DNA from: a virus
Lineage: Duplodnaviria; Heunggongvirae; Uroviricota; Caudoviricetes
Reading direction: 5' to 3' (one strand)
IMG/VR virus record: IMGVR_UViG_3300043009_000101
Length of the DNA stretch: 64,000 nucleotides
Part shown: in pieces, positions 43,530 through 52,319 of the stretch
Numbering within the stretch: position 1 is the first letter of the stretch
Layout: every line of letters starts with the position of its first letter
Notes under the pieces: model-generated
What the model saw: the letters and a program-made list of their open reading frames with translations, nothing else
What the model was told of the DNA's origin: nothing
The model's database searches: none
Program-made: the position numbers and the translations under genes

Positions 43530-43781
43530 TTATGAGGATAACTCCTTTCTGAGTTGATTATATAGAATGCGATTATCGGGCTGCAACAATGTCGTACTAG
43601 GTGTATTCGTTTTGGTATCAATTGACTGAATTGTAATCGTTTGGCTGGCATCATCAAATTCTGTGCTGGTTATATACTGCTTGGGAATCCAAGTCTCGTT
43701 GCAGCCTACTTTATCTATAATGATAAGTGTAGGTGTGATTGTATATATCACACCATTTTTACGGTCTGTGAGTACGGACAC
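43530..43781 (-). CDS. Hypothetical protein (83 aa), abuts ligA
   Basis: ORF only. Confidence 0.45.
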   Translation of the reverse strand: MSVLTDRKNGVIYTITPTLIIIDKVGCNETWIPKQYITSTEFDDASQTITIQSIDTKTNTPSTTLLQPDNRILYNQLRKELSS

Positions 43782-43836
43782 GGGCGAACCTACTTTCTAT
43801 TTGAAAAGAGGAAGTCTAGTTAGGGCTTCCTCTATA

Positions 43837-44322
43837 TTATATAGAATTGGTGGGCTTTTGGGCAAAAATTTCAGAAGATTGGGCAAGAAAGACTTGCTGT
43901 AAAAGATTGATGATATGTGTGTAATCTTCTTGCGGGTCGATAATCATTGGTAAAGATTTAAACTGGGTTGTTTCATCGTCTACTCGCACAGATACGGGTG
44001 CATAGATGGTGAAGATGTGAGTTGTATTATCTATGACTATATTTGTGATATCAGCATAAGAGATTGTTGCAATACATTGGTCTTTTATGTCTACGATAAG
44101 TTCCGCTTCATTAAAAGTAAAACTTACGGGGATAGGTGTTGCGGCAACATGCCATTTGTAAAGAATACAGGCAAGCATAATAAGAAGAAAAAGAACAGAA
44201 TATTGCCAGCCCCAGCTTAGAAAAGCAGAGCAGATGAGAAAGAGCAAGGCAAAGGTAAAAATGTATTTGTCTAATTCTGTTCGCTTATACCAGAAGCCTG
44301 TGCTTGTTGTAGAAATAATCAT
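43837..44322 (-). CDS. Hypothetical membrane protein (2 TM helices plus soluble domain)
   Basis: ORF with hydrophobic helices. Confidence 0.5.
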   Translation of the reverse strand: MIISTTSTGFWYKRTELDKYIFTFALLFLICSAFLSWGWQYSVLFLLIMLACILYKWHVAATPIPVSFTFNEAELIVDIKDQCIATISYADITNIVIDNTTHIFTIYAPVSVRVDDETTQFKSLPMIIDPQEDYTHIINLLQQVFLAQSSEIFAQKPTNSI

Positions 44323-44394
44323 AAGAAAACCTCCGATATAATTATAGAAGATTTATGAAGAAAATTAGGGGGGATTAAAGAAAAAGAGAAAAGC

Positions 44395-44721
44395 TTAGCT
44401 TTTCTCTTTTAGAATGAGTTTGTATTTTGTATTGGTGACGGAATCGGTGAAGTTCCATTCTCCGAGCAGATAATCTTCTGGGTAGGACATGGTGATAAAT
44501 TCGCCTTGGGCATCGTACAGCTTTACGGTTGTATAGGGATACCCACGAGCTTTGGCAATGTAATCATCTGTAATCACATCAATATATGCTTCTGTTCCGT
44601 TGGAAAATGTTGTGATGTAGCTGATATCTTCACCAAGAATCTCGTAATCGGTGCGATTGCCTGAAAGAAAGTCCTCGATGATGTAGGCTTCTTCTTTTGG
44701 AATATAATAGGTTTTCTGCAT
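44395..44721 (-). CDS. Family-X single-domain protein (MQKTYYIP...YKLILKEKS)
   Basis: Conserved N-terminal MQKT-IYIP and C-terminal W.L.DP(Y/F)TK..YTLIVK-type motifs shared with at least 18 other domains in the window. Confidence 0.7.
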   Translation of the reverse strand: MQKTYYIPKEEAYIIEDFLSGNRTDYEILGEDISYITTFSNGTEAYIDVITDDYIAKARGYPYTTVKLYDAQGEFITMSYPEDYLLGEWNFTDSVTNTKYKLILKEKS

Positions 44722-44733
44722 GGCGGTATGGTA

Positions 44734-45054
44734 TTATTTAATGATAAGAATATGTTCTACATCGTTGAAGTCTTTACCAAGATTCCATCTTCCCTCAAAC
44801 TCCCGGCATGGCTCTGTTAGTTCTTCGCACCAGCCTTGGTCATCGACAAGAAGAAACTGGCAGTATGGTTTTGCTACTCCATCGTTGATTTCAACAACGA
44901 GGTAGCAAACAAAGCCGTCATCAAATTCAATCTTTTCCCAAATGTTGTCATCTGTTGTTAATCCATATTCTTCGGCAATTTCGTTGCCTGTCATACTCAG
45001 CAATTTGTGTAAGTAATCGCTGTATCCTTTTTCAAAATGTACTGTTTTCTGCAT
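44734..45054 (-). CDS. Family-X single-domain protein (start at MQKTVHF)
   Basis: Start placed at the family-consensus MQKT, 1 nt after the upstream stop. Confidence 0.65.
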   Translation of the reverse strand: MQKTVHFEKGYSDYLHKLLSMTGNEIAEEYGLTTDDNIWEKIEFDDGFVCYLVVEINDGVAKPYCQFLLVDDQGWCEELTEPCREFEGRWNLGKDFNDVEHILIIK

Positions 45055-45055
45055 A

Positions 45056-45724
45056 TTATTTTCTCTCACTTTCTGCTTTTACAATTAATGTGTATTTTGC
45101 CTTATTATATGGGTCTTGTACTGTTCTACTTCCAAGAATAGAGGAGGAACGGCGGGATACACCTATGATTAGGCCATCTACATCATACAGCAACACAATA
45201 GCAAACGGATATTTTACTGTACTGGAGTTCTCTTCCTCGGTGTCGTACCAATCTATAATAGATGTCCATACTTGAAGAGACATTTCCAAACCGTAATCAA
45301 ACTTCTTAGTGTAATATTCAGCCAGCCTCTCACCCGTAGGAAAATTACCCTTGACTGGTGTATGAAGAATACCCTCTAACTTATTTAATTCCTCGTCTGG
45401 AATATAAATCGTAAATTTTGTGGGTTCTTTCTTTGAAAGCAAGGTATAGTTGGCCTTAGTGAACGGGTCTTGTAAAGTCCACTTACCTAAGGCAGAAGAT
45501 ATAGGCTCTGTTTCGGCAATTATAGCACCGTTTGCATTTCTTAGATATACCGTGGCATAATCAGGGTCTCCTTGCCAAGTAGATAAACTCATCTCATACC
45601 CATTATCGAATACAGCTGTATGCTCATCTAAAAATTTAGCACAACTTCTTGCTTTTTGACTGATTGTTGACGATAGGTGCAAATCATACAATTCAGTTGC
45701 TCCTAGATATATTGTTTTTTGCAT
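45056..45724 (-). CDS. Family-X tandem two-domain protein
   Basis: MQKTIYLG...ANYTLLSKKE, then a second copy TIYIPDEELNKLEGILHTP...AKYTLIVKAESERK. Confidence 0.7.
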   Translation of the reverse strand: MQKTIYLGATELYDLHLSSTISQKARSCAKFLDEHTAVFDNGYEMSLSTWQGDPDYATVYLRNANGAIIAETEPISSALGKWTLQDPFTKANYTLLSKKEPTKFTIYIPDEELNKLEGILHTPVKGNFPTGERLAEYYTKKFDYGLEMSLQVWTSIIDWYDTEEENSSTVKYPFAIVLLYDVDGLIIGVSRRSSSILGSRTVQDPYNKAKYTLIVKAESERK

Positions 45725-45743
45725 TGATGTTGCCATATTCGTA

Positions 45744-46088
45744 TTATCTCTCACTTTCTGCTTTTACTATCATGTGGTAATCTTCTTTTGTATAGGGGTC
45801 TTGCAATTTCCAGTCGCAGCGAATAAAAGACAAACATTCCGTTTCTGCAAGCACATTGACATCCTCATTGTACAGAGTTGCTTTTGAATACGGATAGTCT
45901 GTGTCGCCTTCCATATTTAGAGTGGATACCCAAATGTCAAGGTACATGGTATATCCGTTGCTAAATTCTACAAAATAATAGGTATATGGCTCGAAATTAC
46001 TTACTTTACTGCTATCTGTAATTGGTGTATTTAAAAGCTTTTCTAAGCTATTTAATTCTACATCTGGAATGTATATGGTTCGTTGCAT
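45744..46088 (-). CDS. Family-X single-domain protein (MQRTIYIPDVELNSLEKLLNTP...HMIVKAESER)
   Basis: Family motifs as above. Confidence 0.7.
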   Translation of the reverse strand: MQRTIYIPDVELNSLEKLLNTPITDSSKVSNFEPYTYYFVEFSNGYTMYLDIWVSTLNMEGDTDYPYSKATLYNEDVNVLAETECLSFIRCDWKLQDPYTKEDYHMIVKAESER

Positions 46089-46187
46089 GGGTAAACCTCC
46101 TTGGTTTTTGTACCATTAGTTATACACAATTTAGAGGGAATGAAGTGCAAAAAATAATATAGATTAGGAAAGAAAGAGGTGCAGACT

Positions 46188-46808
46188 ATGAGTTGGTTAG
46201 TAAGAGAAACTTGGTATCCAGAAAAAACATCGGCAACAGAAATTTATTCCTATTTCTATGAATCTGCTTTAAATGAGTGCTGTGGCGGAAGAGAGCCGAT
46301 TATAGATAAATTACAGACATTTAAAGGCATTTGCAACAGCTATGAGGAAGCAAAAAACTATGTGCAAAGCCATATAGCTGATGATGGCTGCGGAAGAATA
46401 CAATACTATGCTCCTGTTGGTACAAATAAAAAGGCAGAAGACCTTATGCGAAGAATCAGAAAGGAACAAGAAAGTCTTCTAGCATATACCAGAGAGCATT
46501 CCGTGACAGGACAAAAAGCGGCTTATGTTTCTTGTCCGAAATGTGGCAGCAAGCTGGCTCGTGAGTATTTGGAAAGTCGAGAGACTGGCGGTTATATCAA
46601 GCTGGAAGGAGATAATGTGCTGAGCAGAAAATATGTTGCAACTTTCTGTCCAGTATGTGGTGAAGAACTTATCAGCAATACAGGGCGAGATGTAGTTGCA
46701 AGAAAGAGACAGAAAATCAAAGACTTGCGGGATGAATATGTGCAAGCAAAAAGTAAATGCAAGAAAGAAATCCGCTGGTATGTTTATATGCAAGCATACT
46801 TGGGATAG
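46188..46808 (+). CDS. Hypothetical protein with two CxxC zinc-ribbon motifs
   Basis: AAGAGGTG RBS before ATG at 46188; CPKCGSKL...CPVCGEEL; the only plus-strand gene in this island. Confidence 0.55.
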   Translation: MSWLVRETWYPEKTSATEIYSYFYESALNECCGGREPIIDKLQTFKGICNSYEEAKNYVQSHIADDGCGRIQYYAPVGTNKKAEDLMRRIRKEQESLLAYTREHSVTGQKAAYVSCPKCGSKLAREYLESRETGGYIKLEGDNVLSRKYVATFCPVCGEELISNTGRDVVARKRQKIKDLRDEYVQAKSKCKKEIRWYVYMQAYLG

Positions 46809-46883
46809 ATGTGAAAGAAGAAAAGAAGAAAAATGACAGGCTTACAGCCTGTCCTTTTTCTAGTTGGGGGTGGTGTGGCAGAG

Positions 46884-47612
46884 CTAGACAGTTTCTACGG
46901 TTAAAGTAAACTGTCCTCTGTTTTTGGTTTGCAATTCATAGAAGCCAAGAATGGTTTTTGTTTTCTCAACTGTGGCTGCTAGAATAGAATGTTCTGTGAG
47001 CAAGTCGATATGAAGCAGCGGATATTCCTCGCTGGCATGGTACTGGATATAGAAATGTGCATCTACATCCTCACCCATTTCAATTCCCTTTTCCCATAGA
47101 ATATCTCCGTCTTGGATACCCATGCTCGCAAGCATAGGAGAAGAACGAAGAAAAATTCCATCTACAAGCTTGGCTTCTTTCTTTTCAAAGCCTACTTTGA
47201 CTTCATTGCCGTATCGACTGTATTTGTAATGCTTGCTGCGAATGCCCATATACTCCATGCCTGATACTTCTTGGTCTTGCACGATGACACGGTAGTTGTT
47301 GCCAGTAATTGGTTCTTTAATGGTATATGTGCCTAGAATCGTAGATGGCTTTGGTTTTTTGGTTTTTGCAAGCAGCTGTGCAGAGGAATCGAATAGATAA
47401 GCAACAACGGAAGGCTGGTTGAAGCCTTCACTAGAACCTAAAACAATAATCTGCATGAATGTTCCGTCTGGAAATGGTACTTGATAGCTGGCTAAACCGT
47501 GAAAAGTGTCTAAGCCTACTGCTTCGAGTATTCCTGTACCGCAAGACATATATAGTGCTATATTTTCTATATCTTCCTTGGGAAGTCGAATGATTTTCTG
47601 AAAAGACTGCAT
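46884..47612 (-). CDS. Family-X related protein (242 aa; N-terminal family domain plus C-terminal extension)
   Basis: MQSFQKIIRLPKEDIENI..., VVAYLFDSSAQLLAKT..., NNYRVIVQDQE match family positions. Confidence 0.55.
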   Translation of the reverse strand: MQSFQKIIRLPKEDIENIALYMSCGTGILEAVGLDTFHGLASYQVPFPDGTFMQIIVLGSSEGFNQPSVVAYLFDSSAQLLAKTKKPKPSTILGTYTIKEPITGNNYRVIVQDQEVSGMEYMGIRSKHYKYSRYGNEVKVGFEKKEAKLVDGIFLRSSPMLASMGIQDGDILWEKGIEMGEDVDAHFYIQYHASEEYPLLHIDLLTEHSILAATVEKTKTILGFYELQTKNRGQFTLTVETV

Positions 47613-47697
47613 GAGAAAAAGCCCTCCTAAAATTTCTGTGTAATACTATATATAATAGGAAATTTGGAGAGCTTGCTTGTGTGTTGGAATATAAAAA

Positions 47698-48552
47698 TTA
47701 TTTCAATTTGTTAAGAATACCCGCTTGCAAATCATGCAGATTATACAAATGCGGAATGGAATTGAAAACATCTTGCAGAGTTTTCTTGGAGCTGAGCCAG
47801 CCGTTGCCGTCTGTGAACCAAACGAATACGGGCTGCGGATTGTCAGAAGCTGGCGGATTGGAAGTGATTTGCTGAGAAATCAGCTTGTAGCTTCTCGCTG
47901 TTTCAGAAATCTTCGAGCCGTGGGTGGCATAGAAATTGGTTTCGATTAGGTAGATATGCTTGTTGCGAACTAGTGCAAAATCGAATTTCTTTGTTGTGAG
48001 GTAAGATAAATCTAAACCAAACTGTTTCTTTAAGAATGGAAGGGTTGGTTCTTTGAAATAATCTTTATTTGGAAGAAGGTGGGAAGATGTGAAATAGGAT
48101 TCGACAATTTCTTCCATCTTGTTTCCACTTCGGTTCTTACGGGCATTGGTATCTAATCCAACTTCGATACCCAGTGCATAATCGTAAAGATTGTGAATGT
48201 TGTGGTTTTGCAGCATGTCAAACAAACCAGTTTCTTTCATGAACTCTATGTAATCTTCGGTGGTATTTACTGTATTGATATTGTCGAAGTCGAACTGCTT
48301 TGCCTGAACGGAAAGCTGGCTGGTGCGAATTGCAAGAAGATACGGTATCACTTTGAGTGATTGCGGATAGGTTTCGCAGATATATCGGAAATCTTGCTCG
48401 ATGTTGGAACTGCCAATTAGGGAGTTTAGAAGATTGAGTTCCACTTTGTACTGAGCAAGATGCTCGTAAACTTTGTTGAAATCGACAAAATAATCATAGG
48501 TGGCTAAGTTTGGTGTGAATGTTGCTAACCATTCGTTGAAATCCCTTTCCAT
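47698..48552 (-). CDS. Type II restriction endonuclease, DpnII/MboI family
   Basis: FNEWL...KVY...LNSLIGSSNIEQDF...IYLIETNFY..GSKISETARSYKLI...HLYNLHDLQAGILNKLK matches my recollection of R.DpnII end to end; AAGGAGG RBS. Confidence 0.7.
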   Translation of the reverse strand: MERDFNEWLATFTPNLATYDYFVDFNKVYEHLAQYKVELNLLNSLIGSSNIEQDFRYICETYPQSLKVIPYLLAIRTSQLSVQAKQFDFDNINTVNTTEDYIEFMKETGLFDMLQNHNIHNLYDYALGIEVGLDTNARKNRSGNKMEEIVESYFTSSHLLPNKDYFKEPTLPFLKKQFGLDLSYLTTKKFDFALVRNKHIYLIETNFYATHGSKISETARSYKLISQQITSNPPASDNPQPVFVWFTDGNGWLSSKKTLQDVFNSIPHLYNLHDLQAGILNKLK

Positions 48553-48649
48553 AGAAATCCTCCTTAAAAAACTTTCTAGGTATATTGTAGCAAGGAGGAG
48601 GGTTGAGTGATGTTGGAACGGGTGGCTAGTGGCTAGTGGTTAGACTGAG

Positions 48650-49639
48650 CTAGATGAGATTCTCGTCTAGAAACTGCATCAATTCTTTTGCTACTGCATA
48701 CACAACATCTACAGTAACAGCATTGCCAAACTGCTTATATGCCTGAGTGTCGGATACAACTTGCTGCCAATCACTTGGGAAACCTTGCAGCTTTCTCGCT
48801 TCATTTGGTGTCAGTCTGCGAATATTCGTTTTAGTTTCATCACAATACCGTTCATAATTCACATTATCCGTATAATAATTGTCTTGGCTTGCTCTGTGCA
48901 TTTTGTGCATAGTTGCAACTAAGGTGTTGCAAATCTTATTATCTATTGTTGGCTCAGCCTTAAAGTTTTTCGTTCCCTCGCTCATAAGTGCTTTGATAAG
49001 TACTTTGCTGACAAAATACTTGGCAGGAACATCTTCATCAAGCAAATCTTGTGCAGTCAACTGCAATGGCTGGGTCTGTGGCTGTGGGAAAGCAAACTGT
49101 GTATCTTTAAAAGCATCTTTTCGCAAAGCTACAATAAATACCCGCTTCCTTCTTTGTGGAATGCCAAAATCTGCTGTATTCAGAACTTGATAATTTACTG
49201 CATACCCGCATTCTTCGAGTTCGTCTTTGATTCTTTGGAATGTCTTGCCTTTGTCGTGTGTAACAAGGTTCTTTACATTTTCCAAAACAACTGCTTTGGG
49301 ATGATGCTTGAGTATAATGCTCTTAATAATAAAGAACAATGCCCCTCTGCCTTTTTCATCCTCAAAACCTTGCCTTTTGCCAATACTAGAAAATGGCTGG
49401 CATGGAAATCCGCCAACTAAAATGTCGTGAGGCGGAATTTCATCTAAATGCTCTGTAATATCTCCTTCTACAATGTCTGTGCGAATGTTGGCTCGAAATG
49501 TCTGGCATGCATATTTGTCTATGTCATTGGACCAAACCATATCAAAGCCTGCATTGGAAAAGGCTAAATCAAATCCGCCAATGCCTGCAAAAAGGCTCAC
49601 TGTTTTGTATTTGTAAGTTGTATGTGTAATTCTTTCCAT
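48650..49639 (-). CDS. DNA (cytosine-5)-methyltransferase (M subunit of the adjacent DpnII-like endonuclease)
   Basis: FAGIGGF, GGFPCQPFS, ENV motifs; immediately upstream of the endonuclease on the same strand. Confidence 0.9.
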   Translation of the reverse strand: MERITHTTYKYKTVSLFAGIGGFDLAFSNAGFDMVWSNDIDKYACQTFRANIRTDIVEGDITEHLDEIPPHDILVGGFPCQPFSSIGKRQGFEDEKGRGALFFIIKSIILKHHPKAVVLENVKNLVTHDKGKTFQRIKDELEECGYAVNYQVLNTADFGIPQRRKRVFIVALRKDAFKDTQFAFPQPQTQPLQLTAQDLLDEDVPAKYFVSKVLIKALMSEGTKNFKAEPTIDNKICNTLVATMHKMHRASQDNYYTDNVNYERYCDETKTNIRRLTPNEARKLQGFPSDWQQVVSDTQAYKQFGNAVTVDVVYAVAKELMQFLDENLI

Positions 49640-49757
49640 TGAAAAACCTCCTGTATATTGTAGATTTTTTCTGTTGGACGGAATGATGCAGGGTTTCGTT
49701 TGGTGCTATGAAATATGCAAAAAAAAGATACCCTTGGGTATCTTGCTGAGGTGAAAA

Positions 49758-50096
49758 TTAGGTTCTTACTTTTACATTTACGGTATAATGCTCACCTTCG
49801 ATGCCTTCCAAAGTCCAAGACTTGAAGAAATCTTCTTCCCAATTGCTTTCATCTACAAGCTGGTCATCTGCATCGAGATTGTACAGCACGGCTCTTGCCC
49901 ATTGTTTCAGGCCGCCGGGTGCAACGATAAGTTCTATGTCCATAATGTAAGTATGTGGGAATTCCACGGATTCGGTATAGGCAACTCCGTCTTGCAAACC
50001 GTATTTGGTGAAAACTTCTTCACTGGTAGAATCTAAAATATCATTAATTTTTCTGGCTGTTTGCTTTGGTACATATACTGTCTTTTCTGGCATGGC
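49758..50096 (-). CDS. Family-X single-domain protein (start at MPEKTVYVPKQ, AAGGAGG RBS)
   Basis: The track ORF is longer (192 aa), but the RBS and family N-terminus put the start at 50096; C-terminus YTVNVKVRT. Confidence 0.65.
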   Translation of the reverse strand, partial: AMPEKTVYVPKQTARKINDILDSTSEEVFTKYGLQDGVAYTESVEFPHTYIMDIELIVAPGGLKQWARAVLYNLDADDQLVDESNWEEDFFKSWTLEGIEGEHYTVNVKVRT

Positions 50097-50419
50097 TTGT
50101 TCCTCCTTGTGCTTATTAAAGCTACAACTATTATAGAAAAATTGAACGGGCGAAAACGAGAAACAGATGAAGATGCGGGTGCGACAAATCGGGGAATATG
50201 GAACGGGTATAGAGAGTTGGAACAAGATAATTGTGGGCGGAAATAGGTTGAGGGAAGATTTAGCTAAAACAAAAAGGCGAAATGTAGCTATCCGTAGGAT
50301 AGGTCGCATTTCGCCTGTAATATTATATTGAAACAAATTCTGCTGAGTGCAGTGAATACTAGTATAAGACTACTAGTGCTAGTGAAATACCCAAGCTGGC
50401 TATATGGCTGGTGAGGGGC

Positions 50420-50863
50420 TTACAGAGTGATTTGCAGCAACACTTTCTTGCGATTGGGTGTGATAAAATGCTGGGTTATCGTAAAGCCAAAGTACTCGCT
50501 GAAAAAATCATATGCATCGCCTTTGGGCAATGGTTCAAACGGTATTGGTTCAAAGGTCAAAGTATCATAGTCGAAAGTGTATGCTCCATCTGTCAGATGC
50601 TCCGCCAATTCCTGTGCTTCTGCTAGTGTGAGAGATATGTATTGTCGCATCGGCATCTGGTGGCAGCGATTGGAGTAACAGCCGGGGTTGATTTGCAAGG
50701 CGGCTGGGTGTAGGGAAAAGTTTTCTATGGTAAAATCATAGAAATCTTTTAGATAAACTATCTTTGCTTTCTTCGTGCGGGCTTTGGTTTTGGATAAGAT
50801 GTAGGCAAAAGATTCTGGGTTTGGAAAAATGACGGAAACAACCTCGTAGCCGTATCGTTTCAT
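50420..50863 (-). CDS. Hypothetical protein (147 aa)
   Basis: AAAGGAG RBS before MKRYGYEVVSV; no motif recognised. Confidence 0.5.
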   Translation of the reverse strand: MKRYGYEVVSVIFPNPESFAYILSKTKARTKKAKIVYLKDFYDFTIENFSLHPAALQINPGCYSNRCHQMPMRQYISLTLAEAQELAEHLTDGAYTFDYDTLTFEPIPFEPLPKGDAYDFFSEYFGFTITQHFITPNRKKVLLQITL

Positions 50864-50953
50864 ATGAGGGAACTCCTTTCGTTGCATATTCTATACATAG
50901 TATAGGAGTTTTAAAAGAATATTGCTAGAGAAGAGTTCTGTTGGAGCATTGTA

Positions 50954-51316
50954 TTATTGCAGCTGCTTGCGGTATTGGGTATATGAAACAATCCAGAGGA
51001 ATACGAGCAATAAGGCTTCCAGCTGGTAGAACATATAATATAGAGTAAAGAAATCATAGGATGTGGCTAGTGTGGTGATAAGGCAAAGTGCGAGTAATAC
51101 CGTAAGGCAATCTGTAGTGAGATGACGAAGCTGATGCTTGTAGGAGGAATTACTCTTGTACATACAGAACAGCAAAATACCAATATCTGCAAGTAAAGTG
51201 AAAATGGTGAATGCACTGCTTCTGCTGGAAATAGAAAGCCATGGGCAGCTGATGAATGCAATAGATATGGCTGTGATTAGAAAGATGCGGCTGAAGATAA
51301 TGTTGCATTTAGACAT
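50954..51316 (-). CDS. Hypothetical small membrane protein (about 4 TM helices)
   Basis: AAAGGAG RBS before MSKCNIIF; the upstream part of the track ORF is translated repeat DNA. Confidence 0.4.
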   Translation of the reverse strand: MSKCNIIFSRIFLITAISIAFISCPWLSISSRSSAFTIFTLLADIGILLFCMYKSNSSYKHQLRHLTTDCLTVLLALCLITTLATSYDFFTLYYMFYQLEALLLVFLWIVSYTQYRKQLQ

Positions 51317-51472
51317 GGTTTGGGTTAGTTCTCCTTTGCTTAGATAATATAGATATAGTTTATCACGAGCAATAGGAAATCTGGGACGGAACGGAGAGTT
51401 TGGTGCAGATAGGTTTGGGGCAAGATAGGGTTGGGTGCAGATAGAACTAGGGCAAGATAGAGCTGAAACAAG

Positions 51473-51582
51473 AAAAGGCACGAGGCTTGGTCGGACGGGA
51501 TAAATCCCTTGAACAAGGGATTTATCAAAATAGGGAAGCATATGCTTCCCTATTTTAGTCAGTCCGAGGTTTCGTGCCTTTA
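51473..51582. repeat. Composite hairpin element (family A) with two nested inner hairpins
   Basis: aaaaggcacgagg...gggataaatccctt-gaac-aagggatttatc...tagggaagca-tatgcttcccta...ccgaggtttcgtgccttt. Confidence 0.55.
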
Positions 51583-51584
51583 AT

Positions 51585-52313
51585 CTATTTTTCTTTCTTA
51601 AAATTCTTAGATATTACTGCATTAAATTGCTGCGGGTCGAACCAATAGCAGCCATTACAAACCTTGGTGTGTTCATCACCAAAAATATAGCTCTCGGAGT
51701 ACCCTAGCTGCTTAGCATCATATCGTATGCCTGATTCTCTGCATTCTTTACAATGTTGTCGCTTAGCTATATTTACTGCTTTGCTAAGTACTTGGAAATC
51801 TTCCAATTTTTGTTCGTTTGGATTCTCGTTTTCTCTATCATCATATCTACCGTTCTTATGGTCTATTTCCATACCGTTACTGGATATTATATCTAATACT
51901 GCACAGTGCTTGCCTTTAAGTGCTTTCTGCACATCTGTAGAAATGGTACGGGCAGATTTTGTTCGATTCTTATTGAAGCCATCTAATTTTACAGAAGCTA
52001 CTCTTGGGCCTTTCTTCGTTCTTGTAATTAAATATCGTTTACCTAGATAAGAAACAGAATCTCTAGCCCAAGTACAACCATTGGTTGTTTCAAAACTAGA
52101 ATGTATTGTTTTGAGATATTCTATACTGAGCTTCTTGCCAATACCATACTCCACATCAGATAATATTTCAAAAATCTGGCCAAGATATGCAGAAGTTAGG
52201 TGTATATCTTGCAAATTTGTCTGCACATAGGTAATTAGAGCTTGTTTATCTTGTTGCTGAAAAAGAAGTTCAAGTTGTGCAATCTGTGTTTCGTTTAAGT
52301 CCTTCATATGCAA
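51585..52313 (-). CDS. HNH-family endonuclease (candidate type II restriction endonuclease)
   Basis: EIDHKNGRYDD...NPNEQ...HCKEC (HNH/His-Me core) plus CxxC pairs; 6 nt downstream of the C5-methyltransferase gene. Confidence 0.65.
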   Translation of the reverse strand: MHMKDLNETQIAQLELLFQQQDKQALITYVQTNLQDIHLTSAYLGQIFEILSDVEYGIGKKLSIEYLKTIHSSFETTNGCTWARDSVSYLGKRYLITRTKKGPRVASVKLDGFNKNRTKSARTISTDVQKALKGKHCAVLDIISSNGMEIDHKNGRYDDRENENPNEQKLEDFQVLSKAVNIAKRQHCKECRESGIRYDAKQLGYSESYIFGDEHTKVCNGCYWFDPQQFNAVISKNFKKEK

Positions 52314-52319
52314 ATTTCC

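Noticed and set aside
50954-51541. Full 195-aa track ORF
   Set aside because: The N-terminal 75 residues are encoded by the degenerate repeat and hairpin region 51340-51582. The RBS supports an internal start at 51316.
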